Shown: in pieces, positions 25,704 to 33,708 of the stretch | How the letters are laid out: each line of letters starts with the position of its first letter | Position numbering within the stretch: the first letter of the stretch is position 1 | Assembly: GCA_021295835.1 (NCBI GenBank) | Contig: JAGWBP010000007.1 | Location: 36,095-100,094 of the forward strand | Direction of reading: 5' to 3' | From: Gemmatimonadota bacterium | GTDB lineage: Bacteria; Gemmatimonadota; Gemmatimonadetes; Longimicrobiales; Gaopeijiaceae | DNA: 64,000 nt | Notes under the pieces: model-generated | What the model was told of the DNA's origin: nothing | What the model saw: only the letters and a program-made list of their open reading frames with translations | Database searches by the model: none | Position numbers and translations under genes: made by a program

Positions 25704-25742
25704 TGTAATGCAGAGTTTACATAGTGCAACCTATAGCTTACA
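25704..25742 (-). promoter_or_regulatory. AT-rich composite motif, copy B
   Basis: The minus strand reads TGTAAgctataggttgcactaTGTAAactctgcaTTACA. It ends 12 nt upstream of the MFS GTG (25691) and begins 25 nt after the stop of the upstream lipoprotein gene. Confidence 0.6.
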
Positions 25743-25767
25743 CTTGCTTAGGTATACCCAAGGGCCG

Positions 25768-26292
25768 CTAGCGCAGATCTGTGAAAAAGTACGCATACTG
25801 AAGCCTTTCCCGATTGCCATCCTCGTCCTCGGGGCCGATTTCGAGCAAGCCGTTGAAGCGCTCGTTGCCATTGATCTCCACACGCATCGACATCCAGGCC
25901 CGCACCGACACGTCTGGGAATACCACGGCGTATAGCCTTTGCTTGGAGGTAAACTCGAAGTCGTAGGTGTAGGGCAGGTCGACTAAGGTCGTGTCCGCGC
26001 GGCGAAGTTGGAATGGCTCCGGGCATGGGACACCCGGTTCATCGCAGACAGAACCTCCACCGGGCACCTGGTCGAAATCGGAGGCGACGATGAGCGTCGC
26101 CTCGTCAACATCCTGGCTAGAAACGTAAATGGTGGCATCTTCGGGTGGCCCCCCGGGCCGCAACCAGTCGCAGCCCGCAGCCACCGGTAGAAGGGGGACT
26201 GCAACGAAGGCGGCGCCAACGGCCCGTGTACTAGCCTTCCACGGCCTGCTCGCGGCGACCACGGCGGGTCGGCGTCGGCAATCGCGACTCAT
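25768..26292 (-). CDS. Hypothetical lipoprotein
   Basis: 174 aa. The ATG at 26292 is followed by a signal peptide with lipobox LPVAAGC. I recognise no domain. Confidence 0.5.
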   Translation of the reverse strand: MSRDCRRRPAVVAASRPWKASTRAVGAAFVAVPLLPVAAGCDWLRPGGPPEDATIYVSSQDVDEATLIVASDFDQVPGGGSVCDEPGVPCPEPFQLRRADTTLVDLPYTYDFEFTSKQRLYAVVFPDVSVRAWMSMRVEINGNERFNGLLEIGPEDEDGNRERLQYAYFFTDLR

Positions 26293-26310
26293 GATCGTGC
26301 TCCGTGAGGA

Positions 26311-26898
26311 TCACCCAGCTCCCAGCGCTTCGGCGACCTTGTCCGCGATCACCTCTTCGAGCGTCTCACGGCTCTTGCACGACACCTGGTACCCGGCGGT
26401 GCTCCGGTTGAGCGCCGTTCCCTTCACCAGCGACTTCACCTCGGTCGTGCCCTCGGCAACTTCCTTTAGCTCGGTCTGGACGGTGAGGGTCACCTGATAT
26501 GCATTCGCCATGGGGCCCGTGCGGCTTGTCCCGCAATTCAGCCATCGGTTCATCCGAGAACCGGCGATCCGCTGCACCTCGAAGCCGGGATTGGCTACCA
26601 TCCTCTTGGTGGGGTCACTGGTCGCCACCGGAATGCCGAGTTCCTGGTAGATGCCCGGTAGCACGCCCCAGGCGAGTTCCAATTCCACGGGAATCTCCTT
26701 GGAGACGTACTCGTAGTCCTGTGTAGTGATCAAGCCAGTGTAGCCCGGGATGGAAGAGGTGGTGGTCTCCACCAGCGAAGTATCGCCCTCGCCGGTGGGG
26801 GCAGAGACGCACGCGGTCGCCAGCAGCAGCGCGGCGACCCCTGCGGCAACAGCGGTTCCGCTCCCTAAAACGGTCGAAATGGTGGTCCTCTGTGTCAT
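26311..26898 (-). CDS. Hypothetical lipoprotein
   Basis: I chose ATG 26898 (MTQRTTISTVLGSGTAVAAGVAALLLATAC, lipobox LATAC). It ends 18 nt upstream of the next lipoprotein gene. Confidence 0.55.
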   Translation of the reverse strand: MTQRTTISTVLGSGTAVAAGVAALLLATACVSAPTGEGDTSLVETTTSSIPGYTGLITTQDYEYVSKEIPVELELAWGVLPGIYQELGIPVATSDPTKRMVANPGFEVQRIAGSRMNRWLNCGTSRTGPMANAYQVTLTVQTELKEVAEGTTEVKSLVKGTALNRSTAGYQVSCKSRETLEEVIADKVAEALGAG

Positions 26899-26988
26899 CT
26901 CACTCGCTCCTTGCTTCGGTGTCACCTGCGGTCGGTCGCACATGGTCCACCGGCCTCGTTCTCGGTCAGGTGCGCCAGAGTGGCGACC

Positions 26989-27717
26989 TCACCTGCGCCG
27001 CGGCAGGGCGACGGCGTCGGACTCGAGCACTACCGGCACCCTCCCCGCGAGCCGCCGCCGGACCGCCGCGAGCCAGCCAGCCGCGCGAACCAGCACCAAG
27101 TCAATGTACGGAGAATCTTCCATTCCGTCCACGATGCGGACGAAGTGGACGTCGCCGAGCGCCTCCGGTCGTCCCACCTCCCACGCCCGTCCCGCCCATG
27201 GGAACGCTATCGCCGTGGCGCTGGAGAAGTCTCTCGGCTTCCATCGCTGCTCGATGTACACCTGGTCCTCGACCGCGTACACGCCGGGCCCCAGACGGTC
27301 GCCGTAGCGATAGTAGTGGGGGTCGAAGGCCTCCCCGCGGCTGCGGCGAAATTCCTGCTCGACAGCGTAGTCGACGCGCCCCAGGTCGTCCCGGTCGGCG
27401 AGCGACTCGAGGTGGTGGCGAAGCTCGTGGGTTAGAGTCTCCCATGCCTGCTCGCGCCAGTCGAAGTCGCCATCGAGCTCTGAGAGGGCACGAAAGGACC
27501 CCCAGTACAGGTGAACGATAGACCGGATCGAGTCCGGACCGCCGTAGCTCGCCGGGAAGCTCTCGGTGGCGCACTCGCCCAGCGTGTAGACATCATGGAA
27601 CCTCGGGTGCGCCGCCGCCCTGCGATGGACGGTGAGGCCGTCGACTCCTTCGCGAAAGCGGCGGGGAATCCGCTCAAGGAGCCGGTGCGCCAACTGCTCG
27701 AACTCGCCAAAGGTCAT
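26989..27717 (-). CDS. Zincin-like metallopeptidase family protein (DUF1025-type) with C-terminal extension
   Basis: I preferred ATG 27717 (GGTGG 4 nt upstream) over 27753. It has the motif TLTHELRHHLESLADRDDL and the family-like N-terminus MTFGEFEQLAHRLLERIP. Confidence 0.6.
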   Translation of the reverse strand: MTFGEFEQLAHRLLERIPRRFREGVDGLTVHRRAAAHPRFHDVYTLGECATESFPASYGGPDSIRSIVHLYWGSFRALSELDGDFDWREQAWETLTHELRHHLESLADRDDLGRVDYAVEQEFRRSRGEAFDPHYYRYGDRLGPGVYAVEDQVYIEQRWKPRDFSSATAIAFPWAGRAWEVGRPEALGDVHFVRIVDGMEDSPYIDLVLVRAAGWLAAVRRRLAGRVPVVLESDAVALPRRR

Positions 27718-27773
27718 CGGGCCACCTATCGTAGCGGGCCGGTTGCCGAGCATTCCGTGGACAGGAGACGCAC

Positions 27774-29045
27774 GTGAAGAACCCGCCCCGGGGGCCGCGC
27801 CAGGCTGCGGTGATCTTCGTGCTCGTCACGATCTTCATCGATGTGCTGGGGATCGGGATAATCATCCCCATTCTGCCCGAGCTGATCAAGGAGTTCGCGG
27901 GCGGGAGCACCCCCGCCGCCGGGCGCTGGTTCGGCATCCTGGCGTCGACGTACGCTCTGATGCAGTTCCTCTTCGCCCCCCTCCTCGGAGCTCTGTCGGA
28001 TCGGGTGGGCCGCCGTCCGGTGATCCTCATCTCCCTCTTCGGCCTTGGCATCGACTACCTGATCATGGCGTGGGCCCCGTCGCTTGGGTGGCTCTTCGCG
28101 GGGCGCCTCGTCGCTGGCGTGATGGGGGCGAGCTTCACCACCGCCAACGCCTACATCGCCGATGTGTCGAAGCCGAAGGACAGAGCGCGCAACTTCGGCC
28201 TGGTCGGGGCGGCCTTCGGGATGGGCTTCATCGTCGGCCCGGGGCTCGGGGGCCTGCTGGGGGGGATCGATCTGCGCCTTCCGTTCCTGGTCTCGGCCGG
28301 CTTGGCCCTGGTGAACTGGCTCTACGGCTTCTTCGTCCTCCCGGAGTCGCTGCCGCCCGGAGGGCGCGACCGCTTCAGCTGGCGCAAGGCCAATCCGGTC
28401 GGAAGCCTAGCGGTGCTGGGGTCCTACCCCCTCGTCGCCGGACTGACGGCCGCCTTCGTATTCGCGGTCCTGGCCCAGCGGGGCCTCGAGACCGTCTGGG
28501 TCCTCTACACCGGCCACCGCTTCGGCTGGGACGAGCGGATGAACGGCTTCTCGCTGATGCTCGTCGGCGTGATGGCCGCGATCGTCCAGGGTGCTCTGGT
28601 ACGCCCGATAGTGGCCCGGCTCGGCGAACGTCGCGCAATCCTCGGGGGCCTCGCAATCGCCGTCGTCACCTTCGTTGGATATGGGCTCGCGACGGCTGGC
28701 TGGGTGCTCCTGGTCTTCATCGTGGTGGGCTCGATCGGGGGGGTCGCCGGCCCGGCAATCCAGAGTCTCGTGGCCGGTGCGGTTCCGTCGGAGGATCAGG
28801 GGAAGGTTCAGGGCGGGATCGCCTCGCTGATGAGCCTGACCGGGATACTGGCCCCGCTGATCTTCACCGCCGGGCTCTTCAGCTACTTCACCTCGCCCAG
28901 CGCTCCCGTCGAGCTGCCCGGCGCTCCATTCCTCTTCGGGGCCGTCATGTACGCGCTCGCACTCTGGTCGCTCGTCCGGCTCTTCCGGCGCATGCCCTCC
29001 CAGGAGCCCACCGAGTCGGCTGACCACAGGTCGGGACCGGGGTAG
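27774..29045 (+). CDS. MFS efflux transporter, TetA/TCR-like
   Basis: GTG start with AGGAG 5 nt upstream. MFS motif A-like GALSDRVGRRPVILISL and 12 TM helices. It resembles tetracycline-resistance-type MFS proteins. Confidence 0.8.
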   Translation: MKNPPRGPRQAAVIFVLVTIFIDVLGIGIIIPILPELIKEFAGGSTPAAGRWFGILASTYALMQFLFAPLLGALSDRVGRRPVILISLFGLGIDYLIMAWAPSLGWLFAGRLVAGVMGASFTTANAYIADVSKPKDRARNFGLVGAAFGMGFIVGPGLGGLLGGIDLRLPFLVSAGLALVNWLYGFFVLPESLPPGGRDRFSWRKANPVGSLAVLGSYPLVAGLTAAFVFAVLAQRGLETVWVLYTGHRFGWDERMNGFSLMLVGVMAAIVQGALVRPIVARLGERRAILGGLAIAVVTFVGYGLATAGWVLLVFIVVGSIGGVAGPAIQSLVAGAVPSEDQGKVQGGIASLMSLTGILAPLIFTAGLFSYFTSPSAPVELPGAPFLFGAVMYALALWSLVRLFRRMPSQEPTESADHRSGPG

Positions 29046-29153
29046 CGATCCGGGGCGAGCCGCACCGCAGGGCGGCCACCTGTGCGGTTCGTGGCAGACT
29101 CGGGCGCTCCCCTGTACCTTGCAGCACCCACTCCTACCACCCCCTTCGCGAGG

Positions 29154-30818
29154 ATGACGATGCGCGCTCGCCAGCACCTCCCGGTGGCCCTGTCGGCCAT
29201 GCTTGTTCTTCCCACCTTCGCCTCGGCCCAGGAAGGCGAGGTCCACGGGCCTTCCACCATGCAGGCCCTCGTCGACCAGTACGCCCTCTTCCGGCTGGAG
29301 GCCGACCTCTCCCACCTCTCCGAGAACGACCGGCAGGTGGTGCGGCTCCTGATCGAGGCCGCCGAGCCGATGGACGGCGTCTTCTGGCAGCAGGCGTATG
29401 GGGACAAGGAGACGGCGCTCGCGCTGGCGGGGGAGGACGCGGCGGCGCGCCGCTACATCGAGATCAACTACGGGCCCTGGGACCGCCTTCGCGGCGACGG
29501 CCCCTTCATCGACGGCGTGGGCGACAAGCCGGCGGGCGCCAACTTCTATCCCGCCGACATGACCGCCGAGGAGTTCGAGGCCGCGGCCGCCGACAACGAG
29601 GCGCTCCGGTCGCTCTACACCCTGGTGCGGCGGGACGAGGGCGGCAGGCTGGTGGCTCTGCACTACCACAAGGCCTTCGCGGAGGCCCACATGGCCGCGG
29701 CCGCAAAGCTGCGCGAGGCGGCCGGTCTCGCGAGCGATCCCGGCCTGGCCCCCTACCTCATGCTCCGCGCCGACGCGCTGGAGACCGACGACTACCAGCC
29801 GAGCGACATGGCGTGGCTCGACATGAAGGACAACCCGATCGACGTCATCATCGGACCGATCGAGACGTACGAGGACCAGATGTTCGGGGCGAAGGCCGCC
29901 CACGAGGGATTCGTGCTGATCAAGGACATGGAGTGGAGCGAGAGGCTGGCGCGCTTCGCGGCGCTGCTTCCCAGCCTGCAGGAGAGCCTCCCGGTTCCCG
30001 GCGAGTACAAGGCGGAGATGCCCGGCACCGACTCCGACCTCAACGCCTACGACGCCGTCTACTACGCCGGCGACGCCAACGCGGGGGCCAAGACGATCGC
30101 CATCAACCTCCCCAACGACGAGGAGGTCCAGCTCGCCAAGGGGACCCGGCGGCTCCAGCTCAAGAACGCCATGCAGGCCAAGTTCGACAAGATCATGGTG
30201 GGGATCGCCGACGAGCTGATCGACGAGGACCAGCAGCACTACGTCGTCTTCGACGCCTTCTTCGGCAATGTGATGTTCCACGAGGTGGCCCACGGGCTGG
30301 GGATCAAGAACACGATCGACGGCACCGGGACGGTGCGCGAGGCGCTGCGGGAGCACGCCTCGCCGATGGAGGAAGGCAAGGCGGATGTGGTGGGGCTACA
30401 CATGGTGACCCAGCTCTTCGAGCGGGGCGAGCTCACCGAGCACTCGGTGGAACACCACTATGTGACCTTCTTGGCCGGGATCTTCCGCTCGGTGCGCTTC
30501 GGCGCCGCGAGCGCCCACGGCCGCGCGAACATGGTGCGCTTCAACTACTTCCGCGAGCATGGCGCCTTCAGCCGGGACGAGGCGACCGGGCGTTACCGGG
30601 TGGACTTCGAGGCGATGCGGGCGGCGGTGGCGGGGCTGAGCGAGCTGATCCTGACCTTGCAGGGTGATGGGGACTACGAGGGGGTCGCCGCGCTGATCGA
30701 GGAGAAGGGGGTGGTCCCGCCGGAGCTGCAGGCGGATCTGGACCGGCTGGACGCGGCGGGAATTCCGCGCGACATAGTCTTCGAGCAGGGGGTGAGCGTG
30801 TTGTTCGGGGAGTCCTGA
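29154..30818 (+). CDS. Secreted Zn-metallopeptidase-like protein (DPP III / M49-like)
   Basis: ATG 29154 gives the signal peptide MTMRARQHLPVALSAMLVLPTFASAQE. It has the motifs FHEVAHGLG and MEEGKADVVGL. Confidence 0.6.
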   Translation: MTMRARQHLPVALSAMLVLPTFASAQEGEVHGPSTMQALVDQYALFRLEADLSHLSENDRQVVRLLIEAAEPMDGVFWQQAYGDKETALALAGEDAAARRYIEINYGPWDRLRGDGPFIDGVGDKPAGANFYPADMTAEEFEAAAADNEALRSLYTLVRRDEGGRLVALHYHKAFAEAHMAAAAKLREAAGLASDPGLAPYLMLRADALETDDYQPSDMAWLDMKDNPIDVIIGPIETYEDQMFGAKAAHEGFVLIKDMEWSERLARFAALLPSLQESLPVPGEYKAEMPGTDSDLNAYDAVYYAGDANAGAKTIAINLPNDEEVQLAKGTRRLQLKNAMQAKFDKIMVGIADELIDEDQQHYVVFDAFFGNVMFHEVAHGLGIKNTIDGTGTVREALREHASPMEEGKADVVGLHMVTQLFERGELTEHSVEHHYVTFLAGIFRSVRFGAASAHGRANMVRFNYFREHGAFSRDEATGRYRVDFEAMRAAVAGLSELILTLQGDGDYEGVAALIEEKGVVPPELQADLDRLDAAGIPRDIVFEQGVSVLFGES

Positions 30819-30891
30819 GGCACCCACCTCTCGCTTCCCTCGCGCTTGGCTGGCCGCTGCCTCGCCGCTCGGTGGGGGGCTTGTTCGCAGC

Positions 30892-30922
30892 TTGCCATAA
30901 TGTCAAGTAAAGGTGTCATAAT
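30892..30922 (+). promoter_or_regulatory. Candidate sigma-70-type promoter with extended -10
   Basis: TTGCCA (30892-97), then 19 nt, then TGtCATAAT (30914-22). CATAATG is also directly repeated at 30896 and 30917, 21 bp apart. This AT-rich island lies upstream of the beta-propeller lipoprotein gene. Confidence 0.3.
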
Positions 30923-30959
30923 GGAAACTACGGTTGACTGGTTTCGAGAAATCTGGGGG

Positions 30960-32237
30960 ATGACGGCGAGGATTCCGACTGTGCTGGCTACGGCGGCTAC
31001 CTTCACCTTCGGCGCCTGCGCAACGGACACGGACTCTTCCGCGGACGGACCGGACGTGGTCACCGAGACCATCGGCGACACGACGGTGGTCCGCACCCTG
31101 TCGGGGAGCGTCTGGGAGGGGGACGCCACCCTGGTCCCCGAGGTCTCGATCGGCGAACTCGACGGACCCGAGGAGTACCTCTTCGGCAGGATCTTCTCGA
31201 TTGCCGCCGACGATGACCGCAACGTCTATGTGTTCGACCACCAGGCGCAGGAGGTGCGCGTCTTCGACCCGGAGGGGACCTACGTGGAGACTCTGGGAGG
31301 AAGGGGAGAAGGGCCCGGCGAGTTCAGTCGCGCCGAGGCCATCGCCCTATTGCCGGACGGGCGCCTCGTGGTACGCGATCCCGGCAACCAGCGCATCGAG
31401 GTCTTCGGTCCCGCGTCGGGCCAGTCGGACCAGTGGGGATACAGGGCGGGAGGGCTGTACACGGGGTCTCCGCTGTACACCGACGTGAACGGACGCACGT
31501 TCGTGTATGCCCCCGACCGGTCCGACGACGATCGCGGCACCCACCTCATTGTGTTCGGCCCCGATGGAACGCAGGTCGACACGCTCCCGTATCCATCGAG
31601 CACCCATGAGCCCCCGATGCTGACTGCCGAGCGAAGGGGCGTTACGGCAAGCGGACAACCCACCCGTGGTTCGACCGCCACACACCTGCCCTTCAGCCCC
31701 ATGTTCCAATGGACGGTCCACCCCAGCGGCCACTTCCTCACCGGCCTGTCCGCACGGTACCGGATCGACCTCGCCCGCGACGACGACGTGCTCCGGATCG
31801 AGCGCGCCGCGGATCCGGTTCGGGTTCACGACGAGGAACGCGACCACAAACGGGACGGCGTCGTGGAGGACATGCGGGACATGGACCCCGACTGGAGCTG
31901 GAACGGCCCGCCGATCCCGGAGCACAAGCCGTTCTTCAACCAACTGCTGGCGGGACGGAACGGCCGCATCTGGGTGAGGTTGGCGACCGAAGGACAGCCG
32001 GTCGAAAACGAGTACTACGACCCGGAGGATCCCGGTTCGATGCCGATCGTCTGGAGTGAATCGGTGCGCTACGATGTCTTCGAGACTGACGGGGTGTACC
32101 TGGGGGCCGTGGTGCCGCCCGATGAGTTCTCGCCCTACCCGAACCCCGTCTTCGATGGAGACCACGTCTGGGGCGTGACCCGGGACGAACTGGGGGTGCA
32201 GCGGGTGGTGCGGTTCCGAATTGTGGTGGGGGGATGA
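30960..32237 (+). CDS. 6-bladed beta-propeller lipoprotein (NHL-like repeats)
   Basis: I chose ATG 30960 (MTARIPTVLATAATFTFGAC, lipobox FGAC). In-frame ATGs at 30900 and 30921 are alternatives. Repeats such as VYVFDHQAQEVRVFDPEGTYVETLGGRGEGPGEF are present. The decayed gene at 44243-45330 is a paralog. Confidence 0.65.
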   Translation: MTARIPTVLATAATFTFGACATDTDSSADGPDVVTETIGDTTVVRTLSGSVWEGDATLVPEVSIGELDGPEEYLFGRIFSIAADDDRNVYVFDHQAQEVRVFDPEGTYVETLGGRGEGPGEFSRAEAIALLPDGRLVVRDPGNQRIEVFGPASGQSDQWGYRAGGLYTGSPLYTDVNGRTFVYAPDRSDDDRGTHLIVFGPDGTQVDTLPYPSSTHEPPMLTAERRGVTASGQPTRGSTATHLPFSPMFQWTVHPSGHFLTGLSARYRIDLARDDDVLRIERAADPVRVHDEERDHKRDGVVEDMRDMDPDWSWNGPPIPEHKPFFNQLLAGRNGRIWVRLATEGQPVENEYYDPEDPGSMPIVWSESVRYDVFETDGVYLGAVVPPDEFSPYPNPVFDGDHVWGVTRDELGVQRVVRFRIVVGG

Positions 32238-33678
32238 GGGCACCACCCCTCGCTTCTGGTTGGACACTCCCCCGAGCCACCGCTCGATATTGAACCCGAA
32301 CCGCCACGAGCCCGCGTCGAGCTCCTCGACCGCGCCGGACGGGGGGTTCCTCCCAAGGGCTGCTGGCCCCAGTACGATCGTCGCCCGCCTCACCGGTGTC
32401 CGACCGGCGGAAGCCGGGGTCGTCCTGCTCTCCGCCGCGTACTTCTTCTGCATCCTTTCCGCCTACTACGTCATTAGGCCGATCCGCGAGGCGCTGGGCG
32501 TCGCCGGCGGGGTGGGGGACCTCAAGTGGCTCTTCACCGGCACGCTCTTGGCGATGCTTGTGGCCCATCCGCTCTTTGCCGCACTGGTCGCCCGCTGGCC
32601 GCGCAGGAAGTTCGTCACCGCCGCGTATCGCTTCTTCATAGGGTGCCTGGTCGCCTTCTGGGCTCTCCTCTGGGCGACGGCGGAGGGCAGCGACGCCAAC
32701 CTCTGGATCGGGCGCGCCTTCTTCGTGTGGACGAGCGTCTTCAACCTCTTCGTCGTTTCGGTCTTCTGGTCGTTCATGACCGACATTCACCGCGAACGCC
32801 GGAGCCGCCGTCTCTTCGGGCTGATCGGGGTGGGCGGGACGCTGGGCGCGATCCTCGGGTCTTCGATTGCGGCCACCCTTGCCGACCGGATCCCTCCGGC
32901 CGCACTCCTCTGGTTCTCGGTGGCGCTGCTAGAGTGCGCGGTAGCGTGCGTCAGGGCCTTGGAACGGCGGGGCGGGGGGGGCGGTGACGGCGCTCGGGAT
33001 CGGGGAGCGGAAGAGCTCGATCCAGCTTCGCGAGTCCCACCGGACGCTAGGGCGATCATCGGCGGGTCCCCGCTGGAGGGCATTGGCCGAGTGGCCCGTT
33101 CCCCGTACCTGCTGGGGATCTGCGCCTTCATGCTCCTCTTCACTGTCGGCTCTACCTTCCTCTACCACATCCAGGCGGAGATCGTTTCGAGCGCGGTGAC
33201 GACCTCCGGTGGTCGGACCCTCGTCTTTGCGCGAATCGACCTGGCAGTCAACACCCTGACGCTGCTGACGCAGCTGCTGCTGACCGGCCGCATCATCGGC
33301 AGATTCGGCGTCGGACCCACGCTCGCCATCCTGCCGCTTGTGAGCATGGTAGGCTTCCTCGCCCTTGGCGCCCTGCCAGCGCTAGCCGTCTTCGTCGCTT
33401 TTCAGGTGCTCCGTCGGAGCACGAACTTCGCCCTTTCGAACCCGGCCCGGGAGGTGCTCTACACCGTGCTCCCCCGGCGCGACAAATACAAGGCCAAGAA
33501 CTTCAACGACACCTTCGTGTACCGTGCCGGCGATCAGATCGGCGCCTGGTCCTTTGCGGGCCTAGGGGCGGCTGGCCTGGGCACGGCGGCGATGGCGTGG
33601 ACTATGGTCCCGGTGGCGGGCACATGGCTGCTGGTGGCGCTTTGGCTGGGGAAACGCCAGCGGGAGATGGCGGCGTGA
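32221..33678 (+). CDS. Polytopic transporter resembling the ATP:ADP antiporter (TLC/AAA) / MFS-type nucleotide transporter family
   Basis: The conserved N-terminal pattern LSAAYFFCILSAYYVIRPIREALGV is present, followed by about 11-12 TM helices. The start is uncertain: TTG 32221 overlaps the upstream gene by 17 nt, and later in-frame TTGs exist. Confidence 0.55.
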   Translation: MWWGDEGTTPRFWLDTPPSHRSILNPNRHEPASSSSTAPDGGFLPRAAGPSTIVARLTGVRPAEAGVVLLSAAYFFCILSAYYVIRPIREALGVAGGVGDLKWLFTGTLLAMLVAHPLFAALVARWPRRKFVTAAYRFFIGCLVAFWALLWATAEGSDANLWIGRAFFVWTSVFNLFVVSVFWSFMTDIHRERRSRRLFGLIGVGGTLGAILGSSIAATLADRIPPAALLWFSVALLECAVACVRALERRGGGGGDGARDRGAEELDPASRVPPDARAIIGGSPLEGIGRVARSPYLLGICAFMLLFTVGSTFLYHIQAEIVSSAVTTSGGRTLVFARIDLAVNTLTLLTQLLLTGRIIGRFGVGPTLAILPLVSMVGFLALGALPALAVFVAFQVLRRSTNFALSNPAREVLYTVLPRRDKYKAKNFNDTFVYRAGDQIGAWSFAGLGAAGLGTAAMAWTMVPVAGTWLLVALWLGKRQREMAA

Positions 33679-33708
33679 GTAAACCCACCCACGGGCTGCG
33701 TGGTCTCA

